A stretch of DNA of 63,989 nt, filler included, from an uncultured bacterium (lineage in GTDB: Bacteria; DAOPZR01), in assembly GCA_964637655.1 (NCBI GenBank). It is 7 parts of 7 records of this genome, joined end to end, with 100 filler letters (N's around TTAATTAATTAA, not from the genome) between each part and the next. Parts side by side here need not be neighbours in the genome. Positions count along the whole stretch, not along the records: positions 1 to 9,967 come from CAZWUZ010000142.1; positions 10,068 to 19,896 come from CAZWUZ010000144.1; 5 more parts are not named here. The stretch is one strand, 5' to 3'. Positions 1 through 10,166 of the stretch are shown in pieces. The translations under genes and the position numbers were made by a program. The notes beneath the pieces are model-generated. The model saw nothing but the letters and a program-made list of their open reading frames with translations. It did not search any database and had not been told where the DNA came from. Within the stretch, counting starts at the first letter, position 1. Every line of letters starts with the position of its first letter.

Positions 1-642
1 CAGGCGCTCTACCTGCTCGAGTTCGACCTCGACGGGCGTCGCCCGCCCGAAGATGTCAACCACCAGTTTCAGTTTGCTGCGCGACTCGTCAATTTCCTGC
101 ACCTTGCCGGTGAAATCGGTAAACGGCCCGACGACGATGCGCACGTTTTCACCCAGTTCGTACGTCACCTTGAGCCGCGGGCGTCGCTGCCGCCCGAAGA
201 TCTGGTCGAAGATCAGGCGCACGTCATGCGGCGGCATCGCCTGCGGCACGCCGCCGCCGCCGCCGATAAACCCCGACACGCCCGGAATGCGCTGGATGGC
301 GTTCCAGATCTCGATTTCGGGCGCCATCTGGATGAGGACATAGCCCGGATACATCCGGCGCTCGACCATCACCTTCTTGCCGCGCTTGACTTCCTCGACC
401 TTCTCCATCGGCACCAGCACATGCCAGACCCGGTCCTGCCAGCCCGTCACCGCCACCTTCGCCGCGATGGTGTTCCTGACCTTCTGCTCATAGCCCGAGT
501 AGGTATGCACAATGTACCAGTTGTTCAGGTCGAGGTTGTCCGGGTCGATCCCCAGCAAGCTCTTCTCCCAGGCCGAAAGGTCGGCGGCCGGCACTTCCGG
601 CACCGCGCTCTCCGCCATCCGGTACAATCCGTTTTCACTCAT
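1..642 (-). CDS. nusG: Transcription termination/antitermination factor NusG (stop codon lies beyond window start)
   Basis: Manual translation (not in ORF track): WYIVHTYSGYEQKV, YPGYVLIQM, PGVSGFIG, KOW motif GENVRIVVGPFTDFTGKVQEID, IFGRATPVEVELEQVE. ATG overlaps the secE stop (ATGA). Confidence 0.97.
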   Translation of the reverse strand, partial: MSENGLYRMAESAVPEVPAADLSAWEKSLLGIDPDNLDLNNWYIVHTYSGYEQKVRNTIAAKVAVTGWQDRVWHVLVPMEKVEEVKRGKKVMVERRMYPGYVLIQMAPEIEIWNAIQRIPGVSGFIGGGGGVPQAMPPHDVRLIFDQIFGRQRRPRLKVTYELGENVRIVVGPFTDFTGKVQEIDESRSKLKLVVDIFGRATPVEVELEQVERL

Positions 643-875
643 CTGACATTCACCAGCAGCGTCCGCAGATTGCCGAACACGTAATCCAGGCCCCACAGGT
701 AAGCCGAGGCGATGACCACAATGACCACCACGACAATCGTCGAGGAGACCACCTGCGGGCGCGACGGCCAGTGCACCTTGCCGGTCTTCGGGTTGACCTC
801 CGCATACACCTCGCGCAGGAACCTGCCCGCTCCCAGCCACCAGCCCTTGAGTTTATCCGCCCACGTACCGCTCAT
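639..875 (-). CDS. secE: Preprotein translocase subunit SecE
   Basis: FLREVYAE...KVHWPSR followed by one TM helix; lies between tRNA-Trp and nusG. Confidence 0.95.
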   Translation of the reverse strand: MSGTWADKLKGWWLGAGRFLREVYAEVNPKTGKVHWPSRPQVVSSTIVVVVIVVIASAYLWGLDYVFGNLRTLLVNVR

Positions 876-924
876 GTCCTCGTGCCTTCCCCTGATCCCT
901 GGTACCGCACCGCCCGCCGGTCAC

Positions 925-1001
925 TGGCAGGGCAGGAGGGACTCGAACCCTCAGCCCCCGGTTTTGGAGACCGGTGCTCTGCCAAATTGAGCTACTGCCC
1001 T
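925..1001 (-). tRNA. trpT: tRNA-Trp (CCA)
   Basis: Reverse complement AGGGCAGTAGCTCAATTTGGCAGAGCACCGGTCTCCAAAACCGGGGGCTGAGGGTTCGAGTCCCTCCTGCCCTGCCA folds as a cloverleaf with anticodon CCA, a TTCGA T-loop and an encoded 3' CCA. Confidence 0.98.
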
Positions 1002-1019
1002 GTGTCCGGTCCGCAGTGA

Positions 1020-1169
1020 CTACTTGGTTTCCTTGTGTGCCGTATGCTTGCGGCAGAAACGACAGTACTTGCTCAGTTCCAGGCGCTCGCGCACCTTTTT
1101 CTTGTTCTTCACCGTCGAGTAATTCCGCTGCTTGCACGCGGTGCATTCCAGCGTGATAATGTCCGCCAT
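1020..1169 (-). CDS. rpmG: 50S ribosomal protein L33 (zinc-binding C+ type)
   Basis: [24 protein letters not shown]...[20 protein letters not shown], with two CxxC motifs. Confidence 0.97.
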   Translation of the reverse strand: MADIITLECTACKQRNYSTVKNKKKVRERLELSKYCRFCRKHTAHKETK

Positions 1170-1229
1170 GTCCCTTCCCTTTCCGCCAGCCGTGACACAC
1201 AACTGTCCCGTTGAAAAAACAGCGAGGCA

Positions 1230-1258
1230 ATAGTACCATAAAGCGCGGCGCTTGTCAA
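1230..1258 (-). promoter_or_regulatory. Sigma70-type promoter for rpmG-trpT-secE-nusG
   Basis: Minus strand TTGACA-N17-TACTAT with extended TG. Confidence 0.7.
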
Positions 1259-1267
1259 GCGCCTGTT

Positions 1268-1507
1268 TCAGCGAGGGGACGGGGTCACGGCCGGGGCCAT
1301 GCCGGGCGGATGGTAGTAGGGCAATTCCTCCGCGTGCCGCAGCGGTTCGATGAGGATGAAGGCGACCAGCAGCAGCAGGGCGATGGCCACGATCCAGCCG
1401 ACCGTCTCCGGGTCCAGCGACGTCAGCATACGCTCGCGCCCCTTGCGCCGCTTCTCGCGGATCACCTCAACCATCACGGTGTCGTCCGGCCCGCTTTCCG
1501 CCTGCAT
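1268..1507 (-). CDS. Small hypothetical membrane protein
   Basis: 79-aa ORF with one TM stretch, 12 bp downstream of leuS, SD-like GGAGG upstream. Confidence 0.55.
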   Translation of the reverse strand: MQAESGPDDTVMVEVIREKRRKGRERMLTSLDPETVGWIVAIALLLLVAFILIEPLRHAEELPYYHPPGMAPAVTPSPR

Positions 1508-1519
1508 CCGTCCTGCCTC

Positions 1520-4072
1520 CTACCTGACGATGAAATTGACGATCTTCCCCGGCACGCAGACCGTCTTGACCACCGTCTTCCCCGCCAGGTAGCGCGCCAC
1601 GTTCGGCTCCGCCGCCGCCGCCGCCTGCAGCGCGGCCGCGTCCGCGTCCCGCGGCACCGTCACCGTCCCGCGCACCTTACCCAGCACCTGCACCGCCACC
1701 GTGACCGTGTCCTCGGCCAGCAGCACCGGGTCATGCACCGGCCACGCCGCGCGAAACACCGTCTCCGCGTGCCCCAGGCGCGCCCACAGTTCTTCCGCCC
1801 AGTGCGGCGCGAACGGCGCCATGACCACCACCAGCTTTTCCAGGTCCGCGCGCGCGCAGCACGGCTCGCCGCCGTCGCCGCGCACCACCGCGTTGCTGAA
1901 CTCCATGATGTTCGCCACCAGCGTGTTCAGCCGGAACGTCGTCATCTTCTCCGTCGCCTGTGCGATCAGCGTATGCAGCGCCTTGGCCGCCACCGGATCA
2001 GTCGCACTATCGCCCGCATGCCGCAGCACGTAGGTGAAGAGCCGGCGCAGCACCTTGTGCACCCCGACAATCCCCGCATCGTTCCACTCCGAGTCCTCCT
2101 CGGGCGGCCCGATGAACAGTTCATACAGGCGCAGCGCGTCGGTGCCGAATTTCGCCACCAGTTCGTCGGGGGAGACCACGTTGCCCTCCGACTTGGACAT
2201 CTTGCGCACCTCGTCGAACTTCTCGCTGTAGCGCGTCACCATCCCCTGGTTGAACAGCCGCACGAAGGGCTCGGCAAACTGCACCGCGCCAATGTCGTGC
2301 AGGAAGCGGTTGAAGAAGCGCGCGTAGAGCAGGTGCAATATGGCATGCTCGATCCCCCCGATATAGAGATCCACCGGCAGCCAGCGCCGCGCCGCCGCCG
2401 GGTCGACCAGGTGCGTCGTGCACTGCGGCGAAGCGTAGCGCAGGAAGTACCACGAGGAGCCCGCCCACTGCGGCATGGTGTCCGTCTCGCGCCGCGCCGG
2501 GCCGCCGCACTGCGGGCAGGTCGTCTCCACCCACTCGCGGATGGCCGCCAGCGGCGATTCCCCCGTCCCCGTCGGCTGGTACTTCTCCACCTCGGGGAGA
2601 CGCACCGGCAGCTGGTCCTCGGGCACCGGCACCGCCCCGCACGTGCCGCAGTGGATGATGGGGATGGGCTCGCCCCAGTAGCGCTGGCGCGCGAAGATCC
2701 AGTCGCGCATCTTGTACTGCACCTGCGCTTTGCCCTTCCCCTGCGCCGCCAGCCAGTCCGCGGTCTTGCGCTTCGCCTCGTCCACCGCCAGTCCGGCGAT
2801 GGTCACGTCGCCGTTGGTGCAGCCGTCGGACAGCGTCCCGCCACCCGCCCAGCAGCGCCTGCCCGCAAGGATGGCATCGCGCAGCTGCGCCTGCACCGCC
2901 GCCTGCGCGTACTGCGCCGGCGTTACCGCGTCGCCGCCGCTGAGGTCCGCCGCCTCACCCTGCGCGAAATCGGGAGCCATGATGCAGCGCACCGGCAGCC
3001 CGAACGTCACCGCGAAGGCGAAGTCGCGATGGTCATGCGCGGGGACTGCCATGATCGCCCCCGTACCGTAGCCCGCCAGCACATAATCGGCGACCCAGAC
3101 CGGCACCTGCTCCCCGTTGACCGGGTTGACCGCACAGCTCCCGGAGAACACCCCCGTCTTCTCGCGCCCTTCCGCCGTGCGCTCGATGTCCTTCTGCCGT
3201 TTCGCCTGCGCGACGTACGCCTCGACCGCCGCGCGCTGCGCCGGCACGGTCAGCGCCCCCACCAGTTCGTGCTCGGGCGCCAGCACCAGATACGTGGCGC
3301 CGAACAGCGTGTCCGGGCGCGTGGTGAACACCGTGATGTCGCGGGCGCTGCCGTCGGCCGCCACGGCGGTGAAGGTCACCTCCGCCCCCTCGCTGCGCCC
3401 GATCCAGTTGCGCTGCATCGTCTTGACTTTTTCCGGCCAGTCGAGCGTGTCGAGCCCCGCCAGCAGCTGCTCCGCGTAGGCGGTGATTTTCAGCATCCAC
3501 TGCTGCATGCTCTTCGGTTCGACCGCGCTGCCGCAGCGGTCGCAGACCCCCCCCACCGCCTCCTCGTTGGCCAGCCCCGTCTTGCACGACGGGCACCAGT
3601 TGATCGGCATCTCCTTCTGATACGCCAGCCCGCGCTTGAAAAACCGGACAAAAATCCACTGCGTCCAGCGGTAGTAGTCCGGGTCGATGGTCGAGATCTC
3701 GCGCGACCAGTCGTAGACCGTGCCGATCTCCCTGAGCTGCCGCCGGATGTTGTCGATATTCCCCTGCGTGTTGGTGCGCGGGTGCAACCCCTTCTTGATG
3801 GCGTCGTTCTCCGCCGGCAGCCCGAAGGCGTCCCACCCCATCGGGTGCAGCACCTCGTGCCCGGTGAGCATCTTGTAGCGCGCGATCACGTCGCTGATGA
3901 CATACCCGCGCCAGTGCCCGACATGCAGCCCGCTCCCCGACGGGTAGGGAAACATGTCGAGACAGTAGAACTTCGGTTTGCCGCTGTCGTCACGCGTGCG
4001 GTAGAGGTCCTGCGCCGCCCACCGCTGCCGCCATTTCGGTTCCAGTTCGCGAAAATCGTACTCCGTTTCCAT
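1520..4072 (-). CDS. leuS: Leucine--tRNA ligase
   Basis: [18 protein letters not shown] (HIGH), [10 protein letters not shown]1 editing motifs TTRPDTLFG and [17 protein letters not shown]. Start set at METEY behind a GGAGG SD. Confidence 0.98.
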   Translation of the reverse strand: METEYDFRELEPKWRQRWAAQDLYRTRDDSGKPKFYCLDMFPYPSGSGLHVGHWRGYVISDVIARYKMLTGHEVLHPMGWDAFGLPAENDAIKKGLHPRTNTQGNIDNIRRQLREIGTVYDWSREISTIDPDYYRWTQWIFVRFFKRGLAYQKEMPINWCPSCKTGLANEEAVGGVCDRCGSAVEPKSMQQWMLKITAYAEQLLAGLDTLDWPEKVKTMQRNWIGRSEGAEVTFTAVAADGSARDITVFTTRPDTLFGATYLVLAPEHELVGALTVPAQRAAVEAYVAQAKRQKDIERTAEGREKTGVFSGSCAVNPVNGEQVPVWVADYVLAGYGTGAIMAVPAHDHRDFAFAVTFGLPVRCIMAPDFAQGEAADLSGGDAVTPAQYAQAAVQAQLRDAILAGRRCWAGGGTLSDGCTNGDVTIAGLAVDEAKRKTADWLAAQGKGKAQVQYKMRDWIFARQRYWGEPIPIIHCGTCGAVPVPEDQLPVRLPEVEKYQPTGTGESPLAAIREWVETTCPQCGGPARRETDTMPQWAGSSWYFLRYASPQCTTHLVDPAAARRWLPVDLYIGGIEHAILHLLYARFFNRFLHDIGAVQFAEPFVRLFNQGMVTRYSEKFDEVRKMSKSEGNVVSPDELVAKFGTDALRLYELFIGPPEEDSEWNDAGIVGVHKVLRRLFTYVLRHAGDSATDPVAAKALHTLIAQATEKMTTFRLNTLVANIMEFSNAVVRGDGGEPCCARADLEKLVVVMAPFAPHWAEELWARLGHAETVFRAAWPVHDPVLLAEDTVTVAVQVLGKVRGTVTVPRDADAAALQAAAAAEPNVARYLAGKTVVKTVCVPGKIVNFIVR

Positions 4073-4141
4073 ACCCCGCCTCCGTTGGCATACACCGCGG
4101 CGGAGTATAGCACCGCCCGCCGGCGGCGTCAACCAATTTAG

Positions 4142-4170
4142 TTGACTTTCCCGCCGCTGCGTGCTACAAC
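4142..4170 (+). promoter_or_regulatory. Sigma70-type promoter for hpt
   Basis: TTGACT-N17-TACAAC with extended TG. Confidence 0.6.
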
Positions 4171-4196
4171 CACCGCTATCCCGGCGGAGGTGGCCC

Positions 4197-4754
4197 ATGC
4201 ATCCCGAGATCGATCGCGTCCTTATCACCGCGGAGCAGCTCGCCGCGCGCACGGCGGAACTGGGCCGGCAGGTCACCGCCGACTACGCGGGCAAGCCGCT
4301 CACCGTGGTCAGCATCCTGCGCGGCTCGATCATCTTTGCCGCCGACCTCATCCGCCACATCGACCTCGACCTCGAACTCGACTTCATCGGGGCCGCGTCG
4401 TACGGCGACGACACCGAGTCGTCGGGCCACGTCGATATCCGCAAGCATCTCGACGGCAAGGTGCATGACCGCCACGTGCTGCTGGTGGACGACATCCTCG
4501 ATACGGGCTACACCCTGCAGGCGGTGTGCGAACTGGTGCGCATTTCACGTCCCGCCTCGCTCAAGACCGCGGTCGCCTTCGACAAGCCGGCACGGCGCAA
4601 GGTGGACCTCACGGCCGACTACGTCGGTTTCACCATCGACCCGGTCTTCATCGTCGGCTACGGCATGGACCTGGCGCAGAAGTACCGCAACCTGCCCTAC
4701 ATCGGCGTGCCGACCAAAGAGGTCCTCGACCGCGTCTTCGGCAACCGTCCCTGA
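4197..4754 (+). CDS. hpt: Hypoxanthine phosphoribosyltransferase
   Basis: [26 protein letters not shown] (PRPP loop), [19 protein letters not shown]. Confidence 0.96.
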   Translation: MHPEIDRVLITAEQLAARTAELGRQVTADYAGKPLTVVSILRGSIIFAADLIRHIDLDLELDFIGAASYGDDTESSGHVDIRKHLDGKVHDRHVLLVDDILDTGYTLQAVCELVRISRPASLKTAVAFDKPARRKVDLTADYVGFTIDPVFIVGYGMDLAQKYRNLPYIGVPTKEVLDRVFGNRP

Positions 4755-4755
4755 C

Positions 4756-5715
4756 ATGACCGGCTGTCCCGTACCCAAAAGCGCGCCAATCTCCGGCCTG
4801 CGCCGCTTCGCCTCGGGTACCGCGCATTTCGTGCGCGGCACCGTCGCCACCGTCAGCTACCTGACCAGCAACGAGGTCTATATCTACACCTCCGCCATCG
4901 CCTTCAACGTGCTGCTTGCCATCTTTCCCTACCTCATTGTCAGCATCACGCTCACCCGCACCCTCTTCCCCGGCTGGGACCTCGACACGCAGCTGCTCAA
5001 GGTCATCGCCGGCTACTTTCCGACTGCCGAGGGCTTCGTCACCACCAACCTCAACGCGGTCAGCCGCAGCTGGGGGAGCCTGACCTGGCTCTCCGCCGTG
5101 CTCACCCTGATGGCGGGCTCCGCCCTCTTCGTTCCCATCGAGATGGCGCTCAACCGCGCGCTCGGGCGCAGCGGCGAACGCCACGTCATCGTCAGCAACC
5201 TGATGAGTTTCACGCTGTTTCTCGTCTGCGGCGCCGTCTTCTTCGGGGGCGCGCTGCTCGCCACGCTCCCGCTCAAGGGGCTCGATCTGTTCTTCGCCGC
5301 GCTCGCTCCCCACCTCGCGCTGCCGACGCTGCATCACGTGCTCGCCGTGATCGCCACCAAACTCTTCACCGTCCCCGCCACCTGCCTCTGCTTCTTCATC
5401 ATCTACTGGTCGCTGCCGCTCCCCCCGCGCCCGCCGGTGCGCCCGCTTTTCATCGCCGCCACCGCCATGGGGCTGCTCTGGGAACTCGGACGCATCGTCT
5501 ACGTGCTCGTGCTGCCGCTGTTCGAGTTCCAGAAATACTACGGTGCCTTCTACGTGACCGTGTCGCTCGTCACCCTTGCCTTCTTCTCGGGCTTCATCCT
5601 GCTGCTCGGGCCGTACCTCGTCGCGCGGCGGCTGACGCCGCCACCCGCGCCCGCGCCGCCGGCCGATGACGTGCCGGTCTTCGTCGCCGCGGGGCGCACG
5701 CTCAACGACAACTGA
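4756..5715 (+). CDS. YihY/BrkB family inner-membrane protein
   Basis: About six TM helices; SAIAFNVLLAIFP, EMALNRA and YG-A-F motifs typical of YihY. Confidence 0.8.
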   Translation: MTGCPVPKSAPISGLRRFASGTAHFVRGTVATVSYLTSNEVYIYTSAIAFNVLLAIFPYLIVSITLTRTLFPGWDLDTQLLKVIAGYFPTAEGFVTTNLNAVSRSWGSLTWLSAVLTLMAGSALFVPIEMALNRALGRSGERHVIVSNLMSFTLFLVCGAVFFGGALLATLPLKGLDLFFAALAPHLALPTLHHVLAVIATKLFTVPATCLCFFIIYWSLPLPPRPPVRPLFIAATAMGLLWELGRIVYVLVLPLFEFQKYYGAFYVTVSLVTLAFFSGFILLLGPYLVARRLTPPPAPAPPADDVPVFVAAGRTLNDN

Positions 5716-5716
5716 T

Positions 5717-7531
5717 TCAGTTCAGCCGGTAGACGCGGGCATGGTCTGAGGCGAAGACGCGGTCGGCATACCCCGCCGCCACGAGGTACTCGCAGGCATT
5801 GGCCACCGCATGGTCCTGATGCTGACGCACATGCTGGCTGCTGACTGTCACAAAACGCACGTCGCGGTCGTAGAGTGCCGCCGCCAGCTGCGCCGCCTGC
5901 TCCGGCAGGGTCCCCTGCAGCACGAACGGCGGGCGCGGCATGCCCGCCTGCAACCCGCTCACCGCGTCAAACCCGAGCGGAAAGACGCGCTTGTCGACCA
6001 CGCAGACGCGCGGGCGCGGCAACTGCAGATGCGCTGCCAGCAGCTGCCGGTCGGTATGCAGCAGCGCATGCACCCGGTCAACCCCGTCGAGAAACGGCAG
6101 TTTCGCCGCGTAGAATCCGTCATACCCGGTGCGCCACAGCAGGTGCAGGTTGGGCCCGTGCTGCGCCAGCGCCAGCGGCAGGTTGAGCACGCCCCAGCCA
6201 AGTACCAGCGTCAGCAGCACCGGTGTCCACCAGCGCCGCCGCGCGGCCAGCTGCGCCATGCCCAGCGCTGCCGCCGCCGCGAGGCACGGCAGCGCGGGGA
6301 GCAGGTAGCGCGCATTGGGCACCAGCAGCACCACCACCGTGACATGCGCGAGCGCCACCAGCACCGGGGCCGCCGCCTGCCGCCGCAACGCCCAGAGCCC
6401 GACGGGCACCAGCGCGAGGTAGAGCGGGCCGGCGGCATAGCGCCATTCGTCGAACTGCACGAAGCAGAAGGTGATATCGAACGGGAACCGCAGGCGTTCC
6501 CAGCGGCTGGCGTAGACATGCCCCTTGTCGGCGTACTGACCGGCCACCGCGGCCATGGCTGCCGCCGGTTCACCGGCCCCGGGCGCCGCCGCGGGCTGCT
6601 CGAAATACGCGCGCGCAAACGGGTAGACGGGATTGCCGGTATGCGCGGCATTGCGCAGCAGCCATGGTCCCGCTGTCAGCAGCAGCGCCAGCGGCGCAAA
6701 GAGCAGCAGCCGCAACCGCCCGCGCCGGTCCGCCTGCCAGAGCACCGCCGCCAGCACGCCAGCGAAGATAATCAACCCGGTATACTTGCAGGCCGCGGCC
6801 ATGCCGGCGACCAGCAGCGCCGCCGCCTGCTGCCGCCGTGCAAGCATAAGCAGCGCCAGCGTGCTGAACAATGCCAGCGGGATATCGGTGTTGTGATACC
6901 CGGCGAGACGGTTGGTCATCGGCATGAGCAGCACCGCGAGGCCCGCCAGCAGCCGCCACGGGCGCGGCACCCCGAGCGCACGCGCCAGTTTCACCGTCAG
7001 CACGATGAGCAGCGGCAGGCAGACGAGATTGATTGCCAGCGCCGCCTGACCCGACGGCGCCCACGCCAGCACCCACAGGTAGAGCATCTCGACCGCCTGC
7101 GGGAAGGTGCTGTTGAGAATGTCGCGGCTGTCTGCGAGCATACCGCAGCGCAGGTAGTGCGCGGGCAGTGGCAGATGGTAGGTAAGCGCATCCCAGCCGA
7201 TGGGCGGCACCGCCAGCGCCAGCGCATGTATCACCAGATGCAGCCCGACAAGCGCCAGCACCAGCGTCTCGCCCCGTGTCCACGCGGCAGTGTCGGCAAC
7301 CTTGGGGTCGGCCGGCACGGGTCGCGCCAGCGCCCCCCCCACCGCGACCACGGTCAGCGCGGTGAGCAGCCACGGGAGCGTCAGCAGGCCGAACATCCCC
7401 GACCAGGCGATCGCCGCCGCCAGCAGTCCCAGTCCGCAGGTGAGCGCCACGCTCCCCTCCGCGCGCCACGCCGCACCCGCCGCGTACGCCGCCAGCAGCA
7501 GGATGAGTACCGCGAGGGCGCCGGCCAGCAT
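5717..7531 (-). CDS. Polytopic GT-C fold (ArnT/PMT-like) glycosyltransferase
   Basis: Many TM segments; WDALTYHLPLP loop, ACKYTG, GPWLLRN...GNPVYPF, ARYLLP. Confidence 0.7.
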   Translation of the reverse strand: MLAGALAVLILLLAAYAAGAAWRAEGSVALTCGLGLLAAAIAWSGMFGLLTLPWLLTALTVVAVGGALARPVPADPKVADTAAWTRGETLVLALVGLHLVIHALALAVPPIGWDALTYHLPLPAHYLRCGMLADSRDILNSTFPQAVEMLYLWVLAWAPSGQAALAINLVCLPLLIVLTVKLARALGVPRPWRLLAGLAVLLMPMTNRLAGYHNTDIPLALFSTLALLMLARRQQAAALLVAGMAAACKYTGLIIFAGVLAAVLWQADRRGRLRLLLFAPLALLLTAGPWLLRNAAHTGNPVYPFARAYFEQPAAAPGAGEPAAAMAAVAGQYADKGHVYASRWERLRFPFDITFCFVQFDEWRYAAGPLYLALVPVGLWALRRQAAAPVLVALAHVTVVVLLVPNARYLLPALPCLAAAAALGMAQLAARRRWWTPVLLTLVLGWGVLNLPLALAQHGPNLHLLWRTGYDGFYAAKLPFLDGVDRVHALLHTDRQLLAAHLQLPRPRVCVVDKRVFPLGFDAVSGLQAGMPRPPFVLQGTLPEQAAQLAAALYDRDVRFVTVSSQHVRQHQDHAVANACEYLVAAGYADRVFASDHARVYRLN

Positions 7532-7670
7532 CAGAAGAACGCCGCCACGCGCCCGAGATTGGCCGCCAGCCAGTCATGCGCGAAACGATACGCATACAAC
7601 CCGAACACGACCAGCACCCACAGCAGCAGCAGCGCGTCGAGCAGCGCGGCGCGTTTCCCTGCCGGGGCTG

Positions 7671-8663
7671 CTAGCGGTTGTTCCACGCCCTTACCTCGTC
7701 GGGGACGCGGCCCCACGTCCGCGTGCCGGCAAAAAAATCGATGACGTTCTGCGCCGCACCGGTCTCCATGGCGATACGACTCCGGTCGCTGCATGAGCCC
7801 ATGTGCGCCGTGAGCACCGTGCCGGGGAGTTTCGCCAGCGGGCCGGCATACGGCTCATGCACGAACACGTCGATGCCCGCCGCCGCCAGCCGTCCGGCTT
7901 TGAGCGACGCCGCCAGCGCCCGTTCGTCCACCAGTCCGCCCCGCGCGGTGTTGATGAGGATGCCGCCGCGCGGCATGGCGCGCAACTGCGCCGCCCCGCA
8001 GAAGCCGCGCGTCAGCGGGGTCAGCGGCGTGTGCAGCGTGACGATGTCGCTGCGCCCGTAGAGCACCGCCTTGCTGACCAGCGCAACCCCATGCCGCCGC
8101 GCGAAACCGCAATCAGGCGCGATATCGTTGGCCAACACGCGGCAGCCGAAGGGCTGCAGCAGCTGCGCCACGCGCTTGCCGATGCGCCCGAGCCCGATAA
8201 TGCCGACGGTGAGCGACGCCAGTTCACGCCCGATGAACCGCTGCCACGCGCCGCGCCGCACGTCGCCATCAGCGCGGGTGATACCGCGCAGGCAGTCGAG
8301 CAGCAGTCCGAGCGCGAGTTCCGCCACCGCCTCCGTCGACGCGCCCGGGGTGTACGCCACCTCGAGGCCGCGCCGCGCGCAGGCGGTGAAATCGACGTTG
8401 TCCGTGCCGATGCCGACCCGCGACAACAGCCGCAGGCGCGGCCCCGCGGCCGCCAGCAGCCGCGCATCGTACAATTCTGTGCCGGCAATGACCGCGTCGA
8501 CACGACCGAGGTACGGGACCACGTCGGCCGGTGTCAGTTTGAGACGCGTCCGGCGCGCCGGCTCGATGAGCCGGAACCCCGCGCGGCGCAGCAACCGGCG
8601 CGGCGTTACATCGTCAGCCGCAAACGGCCACGTGGTGATGAGTACTGTTTTCGCTGTGGGCAT
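7671..8663 (-). CDS. D-2-hydroxyacid dehydrogenase (phosphoglycerate dehydrogenase-like)
   Basis: RVGIGTDNVD, GIIGLGRIG, LHTPLT, LINTARGGLVDE, DVFVHEP, TAHMG. Separate from the HAD gene; the ORF track fuses them across an N gap. Confidence 0.9.
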   Translation of the reverse strand: MPTAKTVLITTWPFAADDVTPRRLLRRAGFRLIEPARRTRLKLTPADVVPYLGRVDAVIAGTELYDARLLAAAGPRLRLLSRVGIGTDNVDFTACARRGLEVAYTPGASTEAVAELALGLLLDCLRGITRADGDVRRGAWQRFIGRELASLTVGIIGLGRIGKRVAQLLQPFGCRVLANDIAPDCGFARRHGVALVSKAVLYGRSDIVTLHTPLTPLTRGFCGAAQLRAMPRGGILINTARGGLVDERALAASLKAGRLAAAGIDVFVHEPYAGPLAKLPGTVLTAHMGSCSDRSRIAMETGAAQNVIDFFAGTRTWGRVPDEVRAWNNR

Positions 8664-8727
8664 CTGTTCACTCCGGTCGGCAGCGGCCACAGCAGCACGG
8701 AAAACCTGTGCCGCAGTCCGGCGCGTG

Positions 8728-8750
8728 GCAGCCGCGGGCTTCAGCCCGCG
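8728..8750. repeat. REP-like palindrome
   Basis: GCAG-CCGCGGGCTTCAGCCCGCG hairpin resembling GTAG-type REP sequences; intergenic and next to a scaffold gap. Confidence 0.45.
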
Positions 8751-8817
8751 TGGTGCCAGTGCCGGTTGCCGGCAGCGGGCGCGCCCTGAAGTGGCGTGCG
8801 GCTGCCGNNNNNNNNNN

Positions 8818-9476
8818 AGGTTGAGGCGGGCCAGGGTTTCCTGGTGGTCGATGGCGCGGATGGCGGTGTCGTTCACGCTGATGACGGTCGTGCCGGCGGG
8901 AAACGGGTTCGCATCGCCCGGGGCCACCCGCCCGATAAACTGCAGCCCCGCACCCGTCGCCGCGCGGTGATCGCCGATGGCATCACCCACCATCACACTG
9001 CGCGCCGGGTCCAGCCCGAGTTCCGGGATGAGCCGCGCGAACCATACCTCCTTGTCGGGCGGCGCCCCGTGCACCGACGCGAAGCAGGGGGCCAGGCCGC
9101 GCCTGCGGATGGTCTCCTCCAATTCCCCCTGCGGGGTGCCCGACAACACGCGCAGCGGCGCCCCGCGCCACGTATGCAGGAAGGTTTCCGCCCCGGCAAC
9201 AAACGGCGCCTGCCGCACCGCCTGCGTTGTCAGCGCCGCATAGCGCGCCACCAGCTCCGCCTCGCGCGCCGCCGTCATTTCTTCGCCCAGCAGTTCGTAC
9301 AGTTTGCGGAACTTGACGAACCGTGACTGCTCGACGTTGGCACGCATCCACGCGAGCATTGCCTGCTCCACCACGGGATAGTCCGCGAAGATGCGCGCGT
9401 ACGCCTCATCCTTGATACGCGTGGTCTCCAGGATAACCCCGTCGAAATCGAGAAAGACCGCCTGCCGGTTTCGCAT
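8818..9476 (-). CDS. HAD family hydrolase (3' end runs into the gap at 8808-8817)
   Basis: FLDFDGVI (motif I), VLSG, K, MVGDAIGD (motif IV). Confidence 0.88.
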
Positions 9477-9522
9477 ACGCCGGCAGTATAGCATACTGTC
9501 GCATATATGTTATACTCACCCC

Positions 9523-9783
9523 ATGTACGCGCGCGCCCTGCTCCTCCTCCTGCCGGCTCTCCATGCCCTGCGTCTTGCCCGGCACCACCTGCAGGTGGCG
9601 TCACCCGCACTGATGCAGTCCGCGCTCGGTACACCCGGGGAGTCCCCCGCCGCCGCACCGCCGGAAGCCGAGTCCTTCGCCCGGGCCGCCGACCGCGCCG
9701 TGGCTGCCGCCGCCCTCCTCTGCGGCAGCAGTACCTGCCTCCTCGGAAGAAGCATTCAGAAACGAATACCTTTTGAAATTTAA
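9523..9783 (+). CDS. Hypothetical protein, probably chimeric at its 3' end
   Basis: TATACT lies 6 nt upstream of the ATG; the ORF runs from GC-rich into AT-rich sequence. Confidence 0.35.
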   Translation: MYARALLLLLPALHALRLARHHLQVASPALMQSALGTPGESPAAAPPEAESFARAADRAVAAAALLCGSSTCLLGRSIQKRIPFEI

Positions 9784-9818
9784 TTTTATATTTGACAAAA
9801 TTTAAAAATACAACATAA

Positions 9819-9967
<149 letters not shown>

Positions 9968-10067
9968 NNNNNNNNNNNNNNNNNNNNNNNNNNNNNNNNN
10001 NNNNNNNNNNNTTAATTAATTAANNNNNNNNNNNNNNNNNNNNNNNNNNNNNNNNNNNNNNNNNNNN
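9968..10067. other. Artificial contig linker
   Basis: 100 bp of N with a central TTAATTAATTAA (stops in all six frames). Confidence 0.99.
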
Positions 10068-10166
10068 CGCCCCCGCCCTCCGGCTCTCTCCCTGTGCGAG
10101 AGGGAACATGGTGCGCTACTGGAAAGCGGCTGACTTTCCAGTACTTTCCAGTTGGCGGGCTGACCG

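Noticed and set aside
1211-4141. 976-aa plus-strand ORF and similar long antisense ORFs (5810-7744, 32646-34589, 37500-38972)
   Set aside because: Shadow ORFs opposite real genes in high-GC DNA; Arg/His-rich with no recognisable motifs.
7531-7794. 87-aa ORF between the dehydrogenase and the GT-C gene
   Set aside because: Mostly overlaps the dehydrogenase. A shorter TM peptide may be real, but its start cannot be supported.
7671-9494. 607-aa HAD + dehydrogenase fusion in the ORF track
   Set aside because: The frame passes through a 10-N scaffold gap and a REP-like intergenic stretch; two separate genes are more plausible.
10068-10106. CTCTCTCCC...GAGAGGG hairpin at the contig start as a mobile element end
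   Set aside because: Single short, truncated, degenerate palindrome; at most a REP-like remnant.
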